A DNA stretch of 64,000 nt from an uncultured candidate division Zixibacteria bacterium. Lineage in GTDB: Bacteria; Zixibacteria; MSB-5A5; GN15; FEB-12. The notes under the pieces were generated by a model that saw nothing but the letters and a program-made list of their open reading frames with translations, searched no databases and had not been told where the DNA came from. Positions 63,160 to 64,000 of the stretch are shown here, piece by piece. The stretch spans positions 448,001 through 512,000 of the forward strand of contig CAVTJJ010000004.1 of the NCBI GenBank assembly GCA_963735035.1. The letters are read 5' to 3'. Each line of letters starts with the position of its first letter. Position 1 is the first letter of the stretch. The translations under genes and the position numbers were made by a program.

Positions 63160-63207
63160 GTGCCTATCAGACGAGCTTTGTAGCTCAGGGTGCTTGCCAT
63201 CCAGACA

Positions 63208-63625
63208 GCGGCCGTAAGGCCGTCACCCCCGAGAAGTCGGGGGCCCAGTCAAGATCGCTATGTAGAGATGGTAGATATCAGGAAAGATGCTCGAAACAAG
63301 TCTCTTATTGAACACTCGCTCCCGTGAACATCCGTCTTGATTGGGTTCCTGCCTTCGCAGGAATGACAGGACTCGCGTCCTGTTTCAGAGCCGACCGACC
63401 CACAGCAAGCTGTGGGGTACCCAGCCGGCGGCCGTAAGGCCGTCACCCCCGAGGCGTCGGGGGCCCAGTCAAGATCGCTACGTAGAGATGGTAAATATCA
63501 GGAAAGATGCTCGAAACAATTCTCTAATTGAACACTCGCTCCCGTGAACATCCGTCTTGACTGGGTTCCTGCCTTCGCAGGAATGACAGGACTTGTGTCC
63601 TGTTTCAGAGTAGACCAACCCGCCG
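63208..63625. repeat. Tandem duplication (220-bp period) of a MITE/REPIN-like element
   Basis: GCGGCCGTAAGGCCGTCACCCCCGAG...CCTGCCTTCGCAGGAATGACAGGAC at 63208 and 63428, few mismatches. Confidence 0.85.
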
Positions 63626-63653
63626 CATACCTGCCGCAACAAGATTCAAGTAC

Positions 63654-64000
63654 TTAGGCGTAGTCTGCCGGACGAATGGGTAGTCGACGGCCACCCCAGG
63701 CACCCGGTTTAGGGTCGAAATGGCCCGCGCACAAGGCCTGGCATTTCGGGCAATGTCCGTCCGGACCGATCCCCCAGGCTAATAGATGGTACCAATCGCG
63801 CTCAATCAGATTCGTGCCGCATTGGTGGCAATGCGTGACACCGCCGGAAAGATCGTCGACGTTTCCGGTGTAAGCAAAACGAACCCCATTGCCAATCGCG
63901 ATCTGTCGCGCCCGCGCCAGCGTGGACGGCGGAGTCGGCAGATGATCCATCATCTTCCAGTCGGGGTGAAACGCCGAGAAGTGCATCGGTACGTCCGGCC
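63654..64000 (-). CDS. AmmeMemoRadiSam-system radical SAM enzyme, C-terminal part
   Basis: DVPMHFSAFHPDWKM...PTP..TL..AR.IA...G..FAYTGNV...T.C..CG..LIER. Confidence 0.75.
   Translation of the reverse strand, partial: PDVPMHFSAFHPDWKMMDHLPTPPSTLARARQIAIGNGVRFAYTGNVDDLSGGVTHCHQCGTNLIERDWYHLLAWGIGPDGHCPKCQALCAGHFDPKPGAWGGRRLPIRPADYA

Overview
GC-rich bacterial chromosome segment from a diderm organism (gene content suggests an FCB-group lineage such as Zixibacteria; this is inference only). Most genes are housekeeping or metabolic: pgi/pmi, ptsI, ptsH, dprA, obgE, ino1, tmk, ctpA, a manC-PMM fusion, asnS, murQ, serC, serA, thyX, peptidases and a MacAB-type ABC exporter. Intergenic regions are filled with several families of REP/MITE-like palindromes. 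Highlights: (1) A compact type II-C CRISPR-Cas9 locus without cas1/cas2 (tracrRNA 24199-24308, 1035-aa Cas9, 8-repeat array). The repeats and the anti-repeat contain sigma70-like promoters. Four of the seven spacers appear to tile the RBS, start codon and signal peptide of one gene, which implies an NNNNNAA PAM. The last repeat is fused to a host REP element. (2) An unassigned, highly structured ~390-nt ncRNA candidate (52516-52905) with its own promoter and terminator. (3) Adjacent serine palmitoyltransferase-like and bacterial ceramide synthase-like genes downstream of serine biosynthesis genes, with inositol-lipid genes elsewhere in the window. (4) A Dcm/PLD-nuclease/Vsr restriction-modification island. 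Several conserved genes carry single +1 frameshifts that are most likely sequencing or consensus errors.
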